Source: Planctomycetota bacterium
Lineage (GTDB): Bacteria; Planctomycetota; B15-G4
Length of the DNA stretch: 64,000 nucleotides
Direction of reading: 5' to 3'
Assembly: GCA_965248575.1 (NCBI GenBank)
Contig: CBDFJQ010000002.1
Span: 64,001 to 128,000 of the forward strand
The notes beneath the pieces are model-generated. The model was not told where the DNA came from, ran no database searches, and saw only the letters and a list, made by a program, of their open reading frames with translations. Positions 46,737 through 55,922 of this stretch are shown one piece after another. The position numbers and the translations under genes are program-made. Each line of letters starts with the position of its first letter. Position 1 is the first letter of the stretch.

Positions 46737-48131
46737 TCAGGGACTCACCACGCGTCCGCCTTGGATCACCCGAACCGTGTTCTGGATATCCTGGATGTCG
46801 TCCAGGGGGTTGCCCGACACGAGCAGGATGTCGGCTTGCGCTCCCACCTCCAAGCGCCCGAGATCGCGTCGCCCGAGGTGGTCGGCGGCGAGGACTGTGG
46901 CGGCCCTCAAGGCTTCCGCGGGGCTGAGCCCGGCCTGCACGAGCAACAGGAGTTCGGCGAGGGTTGTCTGGCCTTCCGGGACGGTCCCGAGCGTGTCGGT
47001 GCCCACGACGATGCGGACACCTGCTGCGTGCAGGGCCGCGGTGTTGCTGAGCACGTCGGCGAAGGCTGTGGGCGGGAGCGTGGCTTGCCGCTGGGTCAGC
47101 GTCGTGGTGTAGGAAGCATTGTTGGCAAGCAAGGCCTGGGCGAGGGCCGGCCCCGAGAGGGGGGTGGCGATCATGTGTTCGATGCCATCCACTCCTGCGT
47201 TGGCCAGGGCCAAGGCCTCCGCTTCGAACGGAGAGCTGTGTCCCGTTGCCCGTAGCCCATGAGCGTGGGCGCGGCTCACGATCGCCTGCATCAGGGACGG
47301 AGGCATGAGCGGGGCGCCCCCGAGCGAATCATTCACGAGCTTGATGGCGTCGACTCCCGCGGCCGCGAGTTCGTCGACGCGCGACATGGCTTCTGCAGGT
47401 GTGCCCACTTGCAGCACGATCTGGCTCAGGCACCAGGGGTCCCCAAAGCAGAATTGGTTGACGGGAATGCCGCCCGGTGGTGTGAGCACGGCGCCGGTGG
47501 TCAACACCCGCGGGCCGTTGAGGGCACCCGCCCGGAGGTCGGCGGCCACGCCCACCGTGAGCAGGGTGGGGTCACCCATGGATTTGACGGTGGTGACGCC
47601 GTGAGACAGGTAGGCCTCGAGCCGCGCCGGCAGCTGTGTCTGCACATAGCTGAGGTTCTGCGCCTCGCTGGGCCCGGCGGTGCCCGCGATGAGATGGACG
47701 TGGGCATCGATCAGCCCTGGGACGGCGGTGAGCCCCGTGCCGTCGATGACCGTGATGGCCGTCCCGCCGGCTGGTCCGGGTGCACCCAGGGTCTCCAGGC
47801 CTGCTGACGTGAGCGGGCCGCCGCCAGACAGGCCGGGGCCCGGCCCGCCTCCGGGAAGTCGGGGCGGCGGCGTTGAGCCAAGGGTGGGAACCACGGCACG
47901 AATCGTCTCACCTTCGACGAACAGGCTGGCTCGCTCGATCACCTCACTGCCGGTGAACACGCGCACGTTCTGGATCACGAGATCGCCTGCCACGAGCGAA
48001 GCCGCCACCGATGTCGCGCCGCCCAGAAACACGATTCCCAGGAGCGCGGCCATCCTGACTGCAGCGCGGATCACGAAGCGGCGGGGTCGGTCGCCAAGCG
48101 ACGGGGACGGGCGAGGCGTCTCGATGGGCAT
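46737..48131 (-). CDS. Secreted amidohydrolase family protein
   Basis: PGLIDAHVH, GVTTVK, DAIK, GH, DGIEH, VGTD, G.LEVGAQADIL. Confidence 0.88.
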   Translation of the reverse strand: MPIETPRPSPSLGDRPRRFVIRAAVRMAALLGIVFLGGATSVAASLVAGDLVIQNVRVFTGSEVIERASLFVEGETIRAVVPTLGSTPPPRLPGGGPGPGLSGGGPLTSAGLETLGAPGPAGGTAITVIDGTGLTAVPGLIDAHVHLIAGTAGPSEAQNLSYVQTQLPARLEAYLSHGVTTVKSMGDPTLLTVGVAADLRAGALNGPRVLTTGAVLTPPGGIPVNQFCFGDPWCLSQIVLQVGTPAEAMSRVDELAAAGVDAIKLVNDSLGGAPLMPPSLMQAIVSRAHAHGLRATGHSSPFEAEALALANAGVDGIEHMIATPLSGPALAQALLANNASYTTTLTQRQATLPPTAFADVLSNTAALHAAGVRIVVGTDTLGTVPEGQTTLAELLLLVQAGLSPAEALRAATVLAADHLGRRDLGRLEVGAQADILLVSGNPLDDIQDIQNTVRVIQGGRVVSP

Positions 48132-48180
48132 GCAGGCATCCTACAGCGACCTCCGCCCGGCGACACACTGCCCGGCAGGC

Positions 48181-48744
48181 TTACGCTTCCTCGTAGGCCT
48201 GTTTGAGCCAGGCCCTGAGCTCGCTGTCGACTTCGCTCTTGTCGCTCAGCCGTACGCGGTGCGAGACCATGGCGTTGAAGGACCCGGAGGCTTCGAGGCG
48301 CTGACTCGCCGGTGTGCCCTTGAGTTGTAGGCCGACGTCGACGCGCGTCGCGGTCGAGGGCTGGATGAGGGCGAACTGCTTCGAACGTCGCAAGCTGACA
48401 TAGGCTTTCTTGGGAGCCAGTTCGACGTCGCCGCCCAGTTTGGACACTGCTGTGGCGAGCGCCTTGTAGATCGGCCTCAGGCCCTCTTTCTTGCCGGCGT
48501 ACTGGGCTTCGATCAGTTCCTGGCCGGTTGGGTCGCCGCCCGGACCTTTGAGGGCCTCGGAGGCCACCAGGTTGGCAAAGCCGTGGGTCATGCCGTGCTC
48601 AGCCTTGAGGTGCTTCACGATCAGACCGTGCTTCTCGAGGCCGCTGGCCCTTGCGATCTTCAACCAGGCTGCGAGGGTCTTGCCGGTCTTCTCTTTCATG
48701 TTGGCCACCATGGCGGCGGCCATCTCTTGTGGGCTCTTGGGCAT
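48181..48744 (-). CDS. DUF4287/DUF5655 domain protein
   Basis: NMKEKTGKTL..W, KHG....LKAEHGMTHGFAN, PKKAYVSLRRSKQFA, SHRVRL. Confidence 0.75.
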   Translation of the reverse strand: MPKSPQEMAAAMVANMKEKTGKTLAAWLKIARASGLEKHGLIVKHLKAEHGMTHGFANLVASEALKGPGGDPTGQELIEAQYAGKKEGLRPIYKALATAVSKLGGDVELAPKKAYVSLRRSKQFALIQPSTATRVDVGLQLKGTPASQRLEASGSFNAMVSHRVRLSDKSEVDSELRAWLKQAYEEA

Positions 48745-48812
48745 CGGAGAGGCTCCTGGGCTGGGGAAGGGGCTGGGGCTGGGCTGCGGTCCCGGCTGGC
48801 ACGTTACCCGGA

Positions 48813-49355
48813 TCAGCCCTTCTTGTTGAAGGGCCAGTGTTCGCTGCGGGTGGACTTGGGTGTGAACGGCTCCATGAGCTTGAACAACACGAAAAGCATC
48901 CGCGTGCCGAAGGTCGGACGGCCAGTCTCCACCACGGCCTTCAGGGTGTTCACGATCATCGTTCCGCCCTGCTGCATCTGCTTGGTGCTCTTGGTGCTGG
49001 CCGGCATGTCCGAGCAAGTCAATCGGAAACGCACCTGGTCTCCTTCTTGGGTCAGCTCGTAGGTGACGGTGCAGGGGGCGTCGTCGAACTGCGTGAAGCG
49101 GAAGGTGTGCGCGTAGCGATGGGGCGGGTCGAACTCAAGAATCTCGCCCACGACTCCGGTGTACTTCTCGTTCTGGGTGCGCATGCGGATCTGGCCGCCG
49201 ACTTCCAAGCGGTCCGCGTGCAGCACCATGTTGAACATGCACTGCTGCGGCGAGTCCCGCTTCGTGATCTCGTGCCAGACCTGATCGAGGGAGCCTCGGA
49301 TCAACACTTCGAAGACGGCTGTTTCGGTTGGGCTCGGCGCGTTCTTATTGCTCAT
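48813..49355 (-). CDS. SRPBCC/AHSA1 domain protein
   Basis: IRGSLDQVW.EIT, GEILEFDPPHRYAHTF, VTYEL, LKAVVETG. Confidence 0.8.
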   Translation of the reverse strand: MSNKNAPSPTETAVFEVLIRGSLDQVWHEITKRDSPQQCMFNMVLHADRLEVGGQIRMRTQNEKYTGVVGEILEFDPPHRYAHTFRFTQFDDAPCTVTYELTQEGDQVRFRLTCSDMPASTKSTKQMQQGGTMIVNTLKAVVETGRPTFGTRMLFVLFKLMEPFTPKSTRSEHWPFNKKG

Positions 49356-49689
49356 CGGTTGGGGTTCCCGTGCTTTCGATGGCGTACTTGAGTTGGGTCA
49401 GCTTGGAGGCCCACAGCGCACTGAACTCGGTGGTCCAGCGTTCGTGGATCTCCTGGATGGGGACGACGTTGAACCACAGCGCCCGCTTCCGACCTTGCTT
49501 CTGCGAGATGAGCAGGCCAGCAGCCTCGAGCAGGTTGAGGTGCTTCATCACCGCGATGCGGCTGATCTCGAAGTGGCTTGCGACGTGGCTCACGGAGCAG
49601 CCCGGTTGGGACTTCGCGATGTCGAGGATCCGGCGGCGGACCTCGTGCGAGAGGGCGGAGAAGACGGCGCTGAGGTGATCCGTTTTCAT
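49345..49689 (-). CDS. ArsR/SmtB family transcriptional regulator
   Basis: VFSALSHEVRRRIL, ISRIAVMKHLNLLEAAGL...KQGR. Confidence 0.9.
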   Translation of the reverse strand: MKTDHLSAVFSALSHEVRRRILDIAKSQPGCSVSHVASHFEISRIAVMKHLNLLEAAGLLISQKQGRKRALWFNVVPIQEIHERWTTEFSALWASKLTQLKYAIESTGTPTDEQ

Positions 49690-49691
49690 AG

Positions 49692-49730
49692 GTAACCAAA
49701 AGGTTACGCATTGGCAGGCAAAGCTGTCAA
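49692..49730 (-). promoter_or_regulatory. Sigma-70 promoter overlapped by a palindromic operator (ArsR autoregulation)
   Basis: Minus strand TTGACA-N18-TAACCT; perfect palindrome GTAACC-N4-GGTTAC at 49692-49707, 2 bp from the ATG. Confidence 0.7.
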
Positions 49731-49928
49731 GAGCTTGGCTCGGCTCTCGTGATCAACGGCTCTTTCCAGCACGGCGGGGGCGACAGACGAGCGAAGGCGC
49801 TTCCCGTCGCTGGCCTTGCGCTCTCAACGCTCCGTGCGTACACCCTCGATGCCCCGACACACAGCTCGGGAGCGATTGAGGAAGCCGACGTCGTCGCGGC
49901 ACCCCGTCCTTGGTTCCAGGAGATCGTC

Positions 49929-50420
49929 ATGCAAGCCGACATTGCCCGCCCCGCAGACGCTCTGAGCCGTACGGTCGAGGGTGCGGTGCCCGGTCTCCTG
50001 GCGATGATGGAAGTCGAGGCTGTGGAAGCACCCGAGCCCGGCAAGTGGACGCCGAAGCAGATCCTCGGGCACCTGGTCGACTCCGCCACCAACAACCATC
50101 GGCGGTTCGTGCTCGCGCAGCTCGATGATCGCCTGGTCTTCCCGCCCTATGAGCAGGACGACTGGATCATTGTCCAGCGCTACAACGAGGCTCCTTGGGC
50201 CGAGCTGATCGAACTCTGGCGCCAGCTGAACGGTCATCTCGCGCACATCTTCCGGCTGACGCCCGAAGACGTTCTGCACCGTGTCTGCACCGACCACAAC
50301 CTGCACAAGATAGCGTTCCGCCCGGTCGAGGCCGGAACGCCCGTGACGTTGCACTGGTTCCAAGAGGACTATGTGGTGCACTTGCAACACCATCTTCGGG
50401 GCATGCCAGGCCTCGAATAG
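49929..50420 (+). CDS. DinB/YfiT family protein
   Basis: PGKWTPKQILGHLVDSA.NNHRRF, YEQDDW, DYVVHLQHHL. Confidence 0.85.
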   Translation: MQADIARPADALSRTVEGAVPGLLAMMEVEAVEAPEPGKWTPKQILGHLVDSATNNHRRFVLAQLDDRLVFPPYEQDDWIIVQRYNEAPWAELIELWRQLNGHLAHIFRLTPEDVLHRVCTDHNLHKIAFRPVEAGTPVTLHWFQEDYVVHLQHHLRGMPGLE

Positions 50421-50494
50421 GAGGCACCCACAGCGTTTCAGGAAACGACGGTAGGATGCCCCGGGCCACCGAGCACGTCTCCGGGAGAGATCTG

Positions 50495-50995
50495 ATGTCA
50501 CTCGCCTCCGTTCTGTTGCAGCACTTCAATGAGGAAGCGGTGCAGACGCGTGCCGTGCTGGCGGCGGTTCCGGAAGACATGTTGGCCTGGCAACCCCATC
50601 AGAAGTCCATGACCCTGGGACAGCTTGCGGGGCACATCGTGGAGACGCCGGGTTGGGCGCGGAACATCCTCGAGCGGGACATCGACCTCACGGACTTGGG
50701 GGACTACACGCCCTTGGTGGTGACGGAGACCGCGTCCATGATGGCGTTGTTCGACGAACACCTCGCGGCCTTCCGCCAGGGCTTGGAGGACCGGGAAGAC
50801 GCGCTCATGCTGGAGATGTGGACGATGCGCGCCGGTGAGAAAGTGCTCATGTCGGCCACGCGCCATGAGGCCCTGCGGACAGTCACGGTGCATCACGTCA
50901 TTCACCACCGCGGCCAGCTCAGTGTCTACCTGCGCTTGCTCAACGTGGGCGTCCCCTGCACCTATGGGCCCACGGCTGATTCGGTGTCCTTCTGA
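50495..50995 (+). CDS. DinB family protein
   Basis: WQPHQKSMTLGQLAGHI, HVIHHRGQLSVYLRLL, YGPTAD. Confidence 0.88.
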   Translation: MSLASVLLQHFNEEAVQTRAVLAAVPEDMLAWQPHQKSMTLGQLAGHIVETPGWARNILERDIDLTDLGDYTPLVVTETASMMALFDEHLAAFRQGLEDREDALMLEMWTMRAGEKVLMSATRHEALRTVTVHHVIHHRGQLSVYLRLLNVGVPCTYGPTADSVSF

Positions 50996-51047
50996 TCCCA
51001 CGCCGACTCCGGGCACGGAATCTCCCAAGCGACCATGTCCACGATCC

Positions 51048-51671
51048 ATGGCTGAAACCAACGAGCACCCACAAGACCGGGCGAACTGCCCGCCGTCCAC
51101 TGGTTCCCATACCGTTCAGGGCTTGGACGTGCACGTTCGCAAGCCACGCCTCGAAGACGCAGCGGCCTTCATCGAAGCGGCTCTTGCTAGTAGGCCTCTG
51201 CACGGCAGCCTAGTCCACGCCCCACAAGACTTGGGGGAGTTCCAGGAGTACCTGCACCGGTCACGCTTGCCGAACTCTCGCTGCTTTCTCGTGGAGCGTC
51301 GAGACGGCAGCGCCTTGGTGGGGGTGGTCAACGCCTCAGAGATCGTGCACGGCAACTTCCGCAGTTGTTACCTGGGGTACTACGGCTTCGTCGGGCAGAC
51401 GGGCCAGGGCGGCATGACGAGCGGCCTGGGCCAGGCGATCTCCGTGCTGTTCCGGGAGGAGCGCTTGCATCGCGTGGAGGCCAACATCCAGCCCGACAAT
51501 GCGGCTTCTCGCCAGCTCGTGCAGCGACTCGGGTTCCGGCTAGAAGGTCTGTCGCCGCGCTACCTGCAGATCGGTGGCCGCTGGCGGGACCACGAACGTT
51601 GGGCGCTGCTCGCGGATGAGCACACCCATCAGGATTCCCCGCACGAAGGCCCCTCGGTCGGCGGGCCCTAG
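51048..51671 (+). CDS. RimJ/RimL-type GNAT N-acetyltransferase
   Basis: GNFRSCYLGY, LHRVEANIQPDN.AS..LV.RLGFRLEG.SPRYLQIGGRWRDHERWA. Confidence 0.88.
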   Translation: MAETNEHPQDRANCPPSTGSHTVQGLDVHVRKPRLEDAAAFIEAALASRPLHGSLVHAPQDLGEFQEYLHRSRLPNSRCFLVERRDGSALVGVVNASEIVHGNFRSCYLGYYGFVGQTGQGGMTSGLGQAISVLFREERLHRVEANIQPDNAASRQLVQRLGFRLEGLSPRYLQIGGRWRDHERWALLADEHTHQDSPHEGPSVGGP

Positions 51672-51771
51672 GTCGGGGGCCCGTCGTGCTGGTAGCGGCT
51701 TCGCCACGTCCCGTCCGCTACACCTAACCGCCTCCTCGCCGGGCCAAGCCGCTGGCTGCACGAGAGCGCTT

Positions 51772-52140
51772 TCAGGAACCGCTGCTCTCGTCGCAGCAGA
51801 CGTCCGTTGCAGAGCGCATTCCCGTGACGCAGCACTCGGCCATCTGCGCCCGCAGCGCCAGGGCCTCGGTGCAGCAGTCGGGGCGGATCTCTGTCGTCAG
51901 CCGCATGCCCTCTTTGCAACAACCGCTCATCTCGGACGTGGGCAATCCGAAGTTCACTTCACAGCATTCGTCCATCTGTGTGATCAAGGCCGCTGCTTCC
52001 GTGCAGCAGTCGGTGGCAGCGGCGGCTTCACCGCAGGCAGGAGCGCTCAGGAGCAAGAGACCAAGCAAGCCCAGCAAACCCCGGCTGAAGGGCAGGAGCA
52101 GGGCGGGTCGACGGCTGGACGTGTTCAGACGGCAGGACAT
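51772..52140 (-). CDS. Small Cys-rich putative lipoprotein with six CC pairs
   Basis: ATG 52140 after GGAG; hydrophobic signal ending SAPAC; six CC doublets 10-13 aa apart with internal repeats. Confidence 0.7.
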   Translation of the reverse strand: MSCRLNTSSRRPALLLPFSRGLLGLLGLLLLSAPACGEAAAATDCCTEAAALITQMDECCEVNFGLPTSEMSGCCKEGMRLTTEIRPDCCTEALALRAQMAECCVTGMRSATDVCCDESSGS

Positions 52141-52480
52141 GAAAGTCTCCGGGGCGGGTATCCGTGGAAGATCTGGTGCCGTCCGCTGCCCCGGACGCTG
52201 TCGAACGATTCGGCTTCCTCTGGAAGCCCAACGCGCGAGAAGTCTCGCATCCTGCTCCGCCAATTTCATGCTCTGTCTGCCGCCCCCTTCCGTCTTGGAG
52301 AGACTTCCTAGTCTGGGCGGGGTTGGTCGGCCTGGAGAGAGCCGAAGAGCCTGGGGAACCCGAACCCGATGACTTCTGTTGAGGAACAGATCGTCGTGAG
52401 GGCTGTGGGGGCTTGCCATAGGCCATGCCATGATGGGGCGCTGTGACGTCAGGGATCATAGCGAGCAAGGAGCGATCAAC

Positions 52481-52777
52481 GTGAGCGGCGGCGTGATTGT
52501 CGGGCGGCAGAACCGGTTGCTGGATGCCTTCGAAGAGGGCCGGGCGACTTCTCCTGAAGCGGCACGGAGCCTGGAGCAACTGGGCTGTCGCGAGAGCTTC
52601 GTGTTCCACCGCATGGTGCAGCGTGGCGTCTTCGTCCAGGTGGACTCCCTGCAGGAGGAGGACCGCTGGTGGATGGACCAGGAAGCCGCTGCGAGCTTCG
52701 TGCGCCGGCGGCACCGCATCGTGTTGATCCTGATGCTGCTTGCGCTGGTCGTGGGCCTGGCGCTCGGGGAGTGGTGA
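52481..52777 (+). CDS. Small hypothetical protein with C-terminal TM helix
   Basis: GTG after AAGGAG; stop overlaps next GTG. Confidence 0.6.
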   Translation: MSGGVIVGRQNRLLDAFEEGRATSPEAARSLEQLGCRESFVFHRMVQRGVFVQVDSLQEEDRWWMDQEAAASFVRRRHRIVLILMLLALVVGLALGEW

Positions 52778-53412
52778 GCGTCACACGCAAGCCGGCTTGG
52801 GAAGCGCAGGTGCAGGAGTTGGCGTGCGGCGCGCTGGAGCTGCGGATCCTGAAGGCGACGTGCCCTCTCAGCTTGGCCGAGGTGCTGAGCCTCTGGCAGG
52901 AGAGCGATGCCTTTTGCTCGTTCTTCGTTCAGCAGTTGGCCGGGTGCTGCTTCCGTTCCTTCTATTGGGAGCTACCACCCGTGACGGCTGGCGCCTTGCT
53001 GCAACCCTTCCGCTGTGTGCTTCTCGATGCGCCCGAACTTTCCGGCCGGTCGCCCCAGCCCGAGGTGTTCGCTCAGGAACTCGCGCAGGCTGGTGACTCC
53101 GGAGTGGGTTGCTTTCCCAACCTGGGGGGCGATGCGCTTCTGGTCGTTCCACAAGTCACTTCATTGGCTCGCGCGGACACCGCTGCCTACGGTGAGCTGG
53201 CGTCTTTTGTGCGAGAGGCCCCTGAAACCCAGCGCCGGGAACTCTGGCGGGTTGTTGGGCGGGCCATGTCCCGGCGCCTTCAAGAGCTGGGCGACAGGGC
53301 CTTTCCGTTCTGGGTGAGCAGCTCGGGCTTGGGTGTCGCCTGGTTGCATGTTCGACTGGATGAGCTGCCCAAGTACATCGTGCACGCCCCCTATCGGCTG
53401 GTGCCTGAGTGA
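52774..53412 (+). CDS. DUF6940-like protein
   Basis: FYWELPPV, FPNLGGDALLVVP, WVSSSGLGVAWLHVRLD..PKY. Confidence 0.65.
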   Translation: MSVTRKPAWEAQVQELACGALELRILKATCPLSLAEVLSLWQESDAFCSFFVQQLAGCCFRSFYWELPPVTAGALLQPFRCVLLDAPELSGRSPQPEVFAQELAQAGDSGVGCFPNLGGDALLVVPQVTSLARADTAAYGELASFVREAPETQRRELWRVVGRAMSRRLQELGDRAFPFWVSSSGLGVAWLHVRLDELPKYIVHAPYRLVPE

Positions 53413-53463
53413 GCGTGCTCAGCCTTCGCGGCGCAGCCCCTCGACAGTTGGAGTGTTGGTCCC

Positions 53464-54072
53464 ATGACATCCTCACCGATCTCGAAGCCTGAGACGTCGC
53501 TCTGTGTTTTCTGTGGGAGCAACCCAGGGGCGAAGCCCGTTTATCGGGAGACGGCGGAAGAACTCGGCCACGCGCTCGTGGCCCGGGGGACGGGTCTCGT
53601 TTTCGGCGGGGGAGACGTGGGCTTGATGGGCTGCATCGCCGACGTGGTGATGGCCGGGGGAGGCCATGTCACTGGTGTCATTCCTGAAGGGCTGGCACGC
53701 AGGGAGGTGGCCCACCGCGGGCTGTCGGTGCTCGAAGTCGTGGACTCCATGCACGCGCGCAAGCAGCGCATGGCGGAGCTCTCGTCTGCCTTCGTCGCGC
53801 TTCCCGGCGGGCTGGGAACCTTCGAGGAGATCCTCGAGATCATCACCTGGGCTCAACTGGGAATCCACCGCAAGGCCTGCGGCCTGCTCAACGTCGATGG
53901 CTACTTCGACCCGCTTCTGGCCATGTTGGATCACGGGGTCGCGCAAGGCTTCGTGAAGCCTCAGCACCGGGAGCTGGTGTTGGTGGGCCGCTCGGTTGAG
54001 GAGATGCTGGGCCTGTTGGCGGCGCACGAGCCTGCAAAGGTGCGGGCCTGGATGTCCGCTGAGGAGAGCTAG
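53464..54072 (+). CDS. LOG family (SLOG) nucleotide phosphoribohydrolase
   Basis: CVFCGS, GGG.VGLMG, GVIP, MHARK, PGGLGTFEE, TWAQLGIH.K. Confidence 0.92.
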   Translation: MTSSPISKPETSLCVFCGSNPGAKPVYRETAEELGHALVARGTGLVFGGGDVGLMGCIADVVMAGGGHVTGVIPEGLARREVAHRGLSVLEVVDSMHARKQRMAELSSAFVALPGGLGTFEEILEIITWAQLGIHRKACGLLNVDGYFDPLLAMLDHGVAQGFVKPQHRELVLVGRSVEEMLGLLAAHEPAKVRAWMSAEES

Positions 54073-54147
54073 CAGGGCCGCGAGTCGCCGGTGCCAGGCG
54101 TCCGTGCGGGTCGGGCGGTTTCTGGGTGCGGGAGTTCGGGGCTGCGT

Positions 54148-54927
54148 TCAGCGACCTCGGCCGCCGCCGCCACCGCCACCAAATCCACCTCTGCGGCCGC
54201 CGGTGTCCAACCCACCCTGGTCCTGGAGCTGCTGGAGTTGTGATGGGCTCAAGATTCCAGCCAAGGAAGCTTCGGTCTGAGCGGCGAGTGCATCTCGTTC
54301 GTCCCGACGATCCGTGCGCGATTCGATGTCGTCGATCTCGGTGCGCTTGGCGGCTGAATCGGTCAGCAACTTCGTCATGGACAGCTCTTGATTGCCGTCC
54401 AGGCCGAGGCTTTCCGTGAGAGCTTCGATCAGGGCATCCACGCGTTCTTGTCTCCGTTGCGCGCGCTCGGCATCCCGCTCGGCATCCTGCTGCGACTCGA
54501 GAATCTTCATGGCCTCGATGACCTGGTTCACGACGGGGCCGCCTGAGCTCTCCAAGCCCGCGTCTTGTCCCAGGCTCCCGGAGATCTCCAGCACCGACTC
54601 TCGCAGGGCGGCGAGGTCCTCGGCGGAGGCGTTGAGTGCCAGGGGGCTCTCCCGCTCCGAGCCCGGGCCCGCAAGCCACGCCAACTCGAGATCGGTCACC
54701 CGACGCAAGACCTCGCTCTGCTGATCACCCATCTGTTCGAGCTGGTCACTCATGCGAGCGACAGCCGGGCTGAGTTCTTCCAGGCCGCCTTGGGTGCTGC
54801 TGCTGTCGTCCGCTGCGAGTTGGCTCAGCAGGGCCATCAGGCCGCAGCCCCCGAGCAAGCCGAGGCCAAGCAGGACTCCGGCGGAAAGCCCCTGGGAAGA
54901 GTTCATTGCTGACGTGCTTCTGGCCAT
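54148..54927 (-). CDS. Hypothetical membrane-anchored coiled-coil protein with RGG-rich C-terminus
   Basis: N-terminal TM, helical E/R/Q-rich body, ILSPSQ motif, GGRRGGFGGGGGGGRGR end. Confidence 0.65.
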   Translation of the reverse strand: MARSTSAMNSSQGLSAGVLLGLGLLGGCGLMALLSQLAADDSSSTQGGLEELSPAVARMSDQLEQMGDQQSEVLRRVTDLELAWLAGPGSERESPLALNASAEDLAALRESVLEISGSLGQDAGLESSGGPVVNQVIEAMKILESQQDAERDAERAQRRQERVDALIEALTESLGLDGNQELSMTKLLTDSAAKRTEIDDIESRTDRRDERDALAAQTEASLAGILSPSQLQQLQDQGGLDTGGRRGGFGGGGGGGRGR

Positions 54928-55041
54928 GGGGCGCTCCGGATTGGAGAGTGATGATGTGTGTTCCGGCCGATGTGTGGACGAGTGCTGCCCTTGCACAATG
55001 GACCAAGGCGATCATGCTGGCATCTCCCGCATGAGAGATCG

Positions 55042-55898
55042 ATGAGCGAACACAGCCCGTGGGTCGTGATCTGGACCGCATCGGACGCGGTTCACGCTCA
55101 TCTCATGCTGACAGAGCTGGCCTCCGTGGGCATTGATGCGCATGTGACCCAGGAGCATCTAGGGGGCCTCGGCTTCCTGGCTCCGGGCATGGGGCCCGGC
55201 GTGGAGGTTCGAGAGTGCGACCAAGAACGGGGCCTGCGGCTGCTGCAGGAGCTCGCCGAGCGGATGGCGGAGAAGCGGCGCCGACCGGATCGGCTCATGG
55301 AGGAACCACAGAACCGAGGCTTCCCGTCCCTCTTCTGGCGAGCACGTGGTGGTGTGGAAGCCATGGTGAGCGGCTTCAAGGCTGCCGAGACGTTCTCGGG
55401 GCGTGGGACCTTGCCGTATGGCGTGCACACGATCGTGAGCGGTGGGCAGACCGGTGCGGACCAGGCGGCTTTGCTCTGGGCGCTGCACTCCGGCGTGAGC
55501 ACTGCCGGCTGGGTGCCCGCCGGGCGTCTGGCCGAGGACGGCGAGATCCCCCAGAGATTCCCGGGCTCATCGAGACGGAGTCGACGGAGCCGAGGGAGCG
55601 GACGCAGCTCAATGTCCGGGATTCCGATGCGACGGTTGTGGTCTCCCTGGGGGCGATCGACGGGGGCTCTGCCCTGGCGCTGAGATGGGCTCGGGAGCTG
55701 GGCAAGCCCACGCTTCAGCTGGAGTTGCGGAGCCTTGGCCTGCCAGCGGCGACGGAAGCGATGACGTCGTGGCTTGCGCTGACCCAACCCGGCCGACTGA
55801 ACGTGGCGGGACCGCGCGCCAGCAACGAACCGGAACTCGGGCAGGCCGTCACGGCCTTGTTGAATGCCGTCTTTCTGTCGGACGCTTCGGAGCCCTAG
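55042..55898 (+). pseudogene. DUF2007-like domain fused to putative MoCo-carrier/cpYpsA SLOG domain, split by a 1-nt frameshift
   Basis: [14 protein letters not shown]...[15 protein letters not shown] in one frame; LIET...[14 protein letters not shown]...GGSAL...LNVAGPRAS continues in another; junction at about 55558-55566. Confidence 0.75.
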
Positions 55899-55922
55899 CA
55901 GTCGTTCGGTAGGGTGTGCGCC

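Noticed and set aside
52295..52375. GGAGAGA...CCGAAG resembling a glycine riboswitch
   Set aside because: Lacks the GCAA and CUCUCAGG elements and the supporting stems
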